Below, one piece after another: positions 55,486 to 64,000 of a stretch of DNA of 64,000 nt. Made by a program: the position numbers and the translations under genes. The notes beneath the pieces were generated by a model. It worked only from the letters and a program-made list of their open reading frames with translations. It did not search any database and was not told the DNA's origin. Each line of letters opens with the position of its first letter. The stretch's first letter is position 1. Origin of the DNA: the human T2T-CHM13v2.0 reference genome, Homo sapiens. The stretch lies in assembly GCF_009914755.1 (NCBI RefSeq), contig NC_060938.1. One strand, 5' to 3'.

Positions 55486-57257
55486 CTAGAAGAAATTAAT
55501 AAATTTCCAGACATATACAATGTACCAAGACTAAATCATGAATAAATTAACAATCTGAACAGATTACTAATGAGTAAGGAGATTGAATCAGTAATAAAAA
55601 GTCTCACATTTGAGACTTTTCCATTGAGACCTGATGGTTTCAATGCTGAATTCTATCAAACATTTAAAGAACACTAATACTAATTCTCTTCAAACTATTC
55701 CAAAATATTGAAAAGGAGGGAATACTTCCAAACTCATTTTATAAGGCCAGCATTACCTTGATACCAAAGCCAACTAGGACACTACAGAAAAGAAAATTAC
55801 AGGCCAACACCCCTGATGAACATAGATGCAAAAATCCATAATAAAATACTGGTAAACAGAATTCAACAACACATTGAAAGGATCATTCACCATGATCAAC
55901 TGGAATTTATCCCCTGGGATGCAAGGGTGGTTCAACATATACAAATCAACAAGTGTGATATGTCATATTAACAGAATGAAGGACAAAGACATATGATCAT
56001 CTCAATAGATGTAGAAAAGATATTTGACAAAATTCAACATCTTTCATCCTAAAAATTCTCAACAAATTAGACGTAGAAGAAACTTACCTTAACACAATAA
56101 AGCCCATATACACAAACCCATAGCTAACATCATTCTCAGTGGCAAAAAGTTGAAATCTTTTCCTCTAAGATCAGGAATAAGACAAGGATGCCCACCCTCA
56201 CCAGTTCTATTCAACAGAGTACGGGAAGACCTAGCCAGAGCAATTAGGCAAGAGAAAGATGTAAAAAACCATTCAAATCAGAAAGGAAAAAGTTAAATTG
56301 TCTGTTTGCAGACTACATAATCCTCTATGTAGAAAATCCTAAAGATTCCACCAAAAAAACTCTTAGAACTAATAAATAAATTCTGTAAAATTGCAGCATA
56401 CAAAGTAAACATACAAAAATAAATAGTGTTTCTAAACACTAACGAAAACTACCTGAAAAAGAAATCAAGAAAACAACCCCACTTACAACAGCTATAAAAA
56501 AAAATCCTTAGGAATAAATTTAACCCAGGGGATAAAAGATCTGTAAACTAAAAATTAAAACATTGATAAAAAATTAAAGACACAAACAAATGGAAAGATA
56601 TTTACGTGTATGGATTTAAATAATTAATATTGTTAAAATAAGTGATCTACAGATTCATTGCAATTCCTATCAAAATTCCAATGAACTTTTTCACAGAAAT
56701 AGAAAAAAATCCTAAAATGCACATAGAACCACAAAAATCACTGAATAGCCAAAGCAATCTTGAGCAAAAAGAACAAAGCTAGAGGCATCACACTATCTGA
56801 TTTCAAAATCTACTAAAAAGTTATAGTATGGTAAACCCAGGGGATTTTTTAAAAATTAAAAAAATTAATTTTGTTTTACATTTTTTTAAAGTTATAGTAA
56901 TCAAAACAGCATTTTGACAAAGAGTCCAATAAAACGCAATAAAGAAAGGACAGTCTCCTCGATAAATGCTGCTGGAAAAACTAGATATTGATATGCAGAA
57001 GAATGAAATTAGACCCTTGCCTCACACCATATACAAAAATGAATTCAAAGTGGATTCTTAAAGACTTAAACATAAAACTTAAAACTGTAAAACTACCATA
57101 AGAAAACATAGGGGGAAAGCTATATAATATTGGTCTGGGCAATGATTTTTTGGGTATGACCCCAAAAGCACAGGCAACAATAGCAAAAATAAACAAGTGG
57201 GACTATATCAAACTGTAAAGCTTTTGCACATCAAAAAAAGAAAGCAACCAACAGAGC

Positions 57258-57680
57258 TGGGAACCCAGAATATCTGAGACAGGTATTTAATAATTATAAT
57301 TATGAAGTTTATTTTGCCAAGGTTGAGAATATCGGCCCATGTGACAGCCTTGGGAGGTCCTGACTATATGTGCCCAAGGTGGTCAGAGCACAGCTAGGTT
57401 TTATACATTTTAGTGTACATTGGTTCCATTCAGAAAGGCAGGACAACTCGAAGCAGGGAAGAGGCTTCCAGGTCACAGGTAGGTGAGAGACAAACGGTTG
57501 CTTTCTTTTGAGTTTCTGATTAGCCTTTCCAAAGTGGGCAATCAGATATGCATTTATCTCAGTGAGCAGAGGGATGACTTTGAATAGAATGGGAGGCAGG
57601 TTTGCCCTAAGCAGTTCCCAGCTTGACTTTACCCTTCAGCTTAGTGATTTCGGGGCCCCAAGATTTATTTTTCTTTCATA
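57258..57680 (-). mobile_element. MER4A-type ERV1 LTR (3' LTR of a minus-strand provirus)
   Basis: Reverse complement begins TATGAAAGAAAAATAAATCTTGGGGCCCCGAAATCACTAAGCT; a polypurine tract lies immediately internal (plus strand TTTCCCCCCTTTTCTTT at 57681+). Confidence 0.88.
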
Positions 57681-57895
57681 TTTCCCCCCTTTTCTTTTTA
57701 AAATCTTTTAGAGAAAGCGTTTTAGAAGAAAATGAGTCTCTGGTCTCAGGTTTCATCTGATCTCTCATGGCTACGATGGTTTATTCCTAAATGGGTAGGT
57801 TCCAAGTTATTAGGAAAGCTCATTTTTAGCAGGTTGTAAACTCTCATGTCCTATGAAGAGAAAATAGGGGGAGGAAGGAAGAAAAACAACAATAA

Positions 57896-59828
<1,933 letters not shown>

Positions 59829-61011
59829 TAAAGTCCATACATCAATAGACAGGTATAAAAGTGGCTTATGTACGTAAAATGTTGCTGTTATTTTCTTCCA
59901 GAGATTAAGTTGTCTAGTGGCAGTTTGTAAGGCTTTAAGAAAGCACAGCTTAGTTTTCAGTGATTTTAAATTAGGAAAAATGGGGGAAATAAGGAAAAGA
60001 AAGAAGAAAAAAATTGAAAACATTATCTTGGAGATTTGTAGCCAGGAAAAATTAGAATTCAATCTAGACTGCAGAAAATAATAAAAATTGAAAAACATTA
60101 GGTAAGACTAGAATCTAACAACAGGTGTACCATAGTTTTTGAAACATAATTTTTCTCTCTCCAGTTTCCCATTTTTACTAAAGACAAATCATGTTATGAT
60201 TGATTTGCCTTGTTATACTTGGCCAGATTATTTGTATAAAGTACAGCAAGAATAATGATTTTTCTCATAGGCTTTTTAAATTGGCTTTGATGGAGCTTTG
60301 TTCCATAGAAGGAATCTCAGATTAGCCTTTTTTAAAGTCGAGCCTAGCCACAGATTTGTACCATCAAATACCTATGAGTTGGGTGAATTCCTCTCCTCTT
60401 GAGATCCCAAGATAGCCTGGGGATCCTAGGCCTGTCAGAAAGTGACATTCTTACTTACCACAGGTCAGGAACCCTGTACGGGGACTATGTAGGTATGAGG
60501 TCAGTTTTCCTAAAGGGCTTTTATTGGCTCTATAAGTCAAGTTTGATTCCTTAAAGGAAAGCCTACCATTCCAGTCAAAGCCTTGGTAAAATAACCAGTT
60601 TCTCCAATTGTGTCCTATTACAAATGAAAACAGATTCTCATTGCACTTTTGCAAATAACTATATAGCCATAGGTTAAGAACACTCAGTTTCCAAATTCTG
60701 GAGAATCAGGTAGAAACAAATATGCTTCAAATTTTGTTCATAAAGTATATTTAATTGTTAAAAGCTGTTAATAGCTCAAAAGAAAAGTTTCCTTGACTCT
60801 GAAAAACAAAGGATCAGCAACATTTTAAGCAAAAAGTCAAAAAGACTACTTCAGTTTTCTATTAGTTCAGTCTATGCAGTTCTGCTTGATATTCATGAAC
60901 ATTTCAGCTTTCCAGGAGTCCTGAAAGGTTTTTCTCTATTGTGATGTCACCATCTCCAAAGTTATCAGAAACCTGCATTCAAAAGTGCCTGTTAGAATTT
61001 TATAGCTGATT

Positions 61012-61887
<876 letters not shown>

Positions 61888-62897
61888 AGAATTTTATAGC
61901 TGATTATAAAACCACCTTCTAAAGAGGACCAAAATAAGACAATTGTCCACGGATGACAAAAGGTTTTAGGGCACCCATAGTCAAAGACACAATTGACAAG
62001 GAAGTTTGTTACCTCTGTGACATAAAATAATGTCACATAACAATTATGATTATTACTGATAATGTACACTGAGTCATATCAGAATTATAGGAGTTTCTCA
62101 TAATTTTGGAACACATACCAATAACATATTTATACAAATATAAGCCAAAGAAAACCAAACACCATTTCATATTTGACAATACTTCCTGTGTACATTTTAT
62201 ACCAAATAAGCCAAATATGCCATTTTGTACTTTAGGGAATCTAATATCTTAAAGGATTAGTTAGATCAGAAAGAGACATAATTTATAATTTTATTTTGGA
62301 AAATGTGCCAAATATCAAAGGCTTAAAACATTTGATATCACTAAATAGGATCACAGGTCATTGTAAAATAAGTGATTCACTTAGAGTGATAACTCAAACA
62401 TCTCAAAAAAAAAAAAAAAGCAAAAACCTTCATTCTTTGAGAGAGGATACTTAATTTTCCAAACAATAAGCCCTAATAAAGTCAGCATGAAGCCAATTAA
62501 ATGTTTTTTAAAATTTTATAAGCAATCTATAAAATGTTCATCTGACCATAAGATATAATTTCATAAGCCTTTTATAACCTTTATTAAGGAGTCAGTTAAT
62601 GCTTCAAGAAAAACTTGTTAATCTGACACAGGGGCCCATTTGCTGGTCTTGCATCAGTGGGCCTTTGACATTAATGTTTAAGTTCAGTTCAGAGAAACGG
62701 AACTTATTTTATCTCTCAAAATCAGCCCTTACAATCTCATACACCCACCTTTTCTGCAATAGTTCTGGGCCTTGAGGAGTTGAATAGTTTAGTTTCTGGC
62801 CCTGTCTCAGGAACGCAGTTTAATTTGATTGGCACTTTCTACCAGGCCTGAAGATGAGGCTTTAATTGTTGTCAGTGTTTAAGATTTACCAGGACTT

Positions 62898-63187
62898 GGC
62901 CGGGTGCGGTGGCTCACGCCTGTAATCCCAGCACTTTGGGAGGCCAAGGCAGGCGGATCACGAGGTCAGGAGATCAAGACCATCCTGGCTAACTCGGTGA
63001 AACCCCGTCTCTACTAAAAATACAAAAAATTAGCCGGGCGTGGTGGTAGGCACCTGTAGTCCCAGCTACTCAGGAGGCTGAGGCAGGAGAATGGCATGAA
63101 CCTGGGAGGCAGAGCTTGCAGTGAGCAGAGACTGTGCCTACTGCACTCCAGCCTGGGCAACACAGCAAGACTCTGTCTCCAAAAAAA
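62898..63187 (+). mobile_element. AluY-like
   Basis: TSD AAGATTTA(C/G)CAGGACTT at 62881-62897 and 63188-63204. Confidence 0.95.
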
Positions 63188-63661
63188 AAGATTTAGCAGG
63201 ACTTCATGTCCTTTTTGGGCGAAGGAGTCAAAGCCCCACAACTCAATGTCACGAGGACTTTAAAAGCACATACAGAAAGATACACGGATGTAATAACCAT
63301 AATTTTTTTTAAAAAAATTAATCTCAGTTTTTTTCTAAGCAAATCAAAACTTAATAATAATGGCATAGGAATTATTTTGATAAAACGTAAAAATCTGTTA
63401 GGCCAGTTACCAAGAGGCAAAATAAAAGACCTTCTGCAGTGCACTGAATATTATGTTGGAAGAAAACATTTTCTTTAGACCCTTAAGAAAACATTGTTAG
63501 CATCAGGCTACAACAAACAGAACCCAATACGAAAAAAACTTACATGAGCTGAAAAATGAGTTGAAGGACAGTGTTATTTTGCACTTTTTAAAAGGGGAGA
63601 GGAAACAAAAATGATGAGATGCAATAAAAGTTGAACTTTGGGTTATAATTTTTTTAAATTA

Positions 63662-63982
<321 letters not shown>

Positions 63983-64000
63983 TTATTAAGAGTAAATCAA

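Overview
Primate (almost certainly human) genomic DNA with no credible intact protein-coding gene. There are three compositional domains. (1) 1-2.9 kb: an old L1 remnant carrying two Alus. (2) ~2.9-20.1 kb: a GC-rich, mostly unique block with MIR/L2 remnants, two orphan CpG-rich regions (~11.2-12.3 kb and ~18.3-19.1 kb), candidate enhancer motif clusters and local tandem duplications. (3) ~20.1-64 kb: an AT-rich stack of nested mobile elements, including a hAT/Charlie-type transposase fossil, several L1M/L1PB copies, a full-length Tigger1, MER2, MADE1, MSTB/MLT1 LTRs, and a minus-strand MER4-type ERV1 provirus (3' LTR plus internal region). The provirus itself hosts an L1PA3-like insertion, two Alus and an RPL26 retrocopy. 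The most notable observations are the RPL26 retrocopy, which is semi-processed (it retains the 375-bp GT..AG intron 1 inside a perfect 18-bp TSD while the coding introns are removed), and the Charlie-type transposase fossil, which appears split into oppositely oriented halves by a ~1.3-kb inversion. I found no convincing wholly new biological system. Repeat subfamily names come from recalled consensus sequences, and old-repeat boundaries are approximate.
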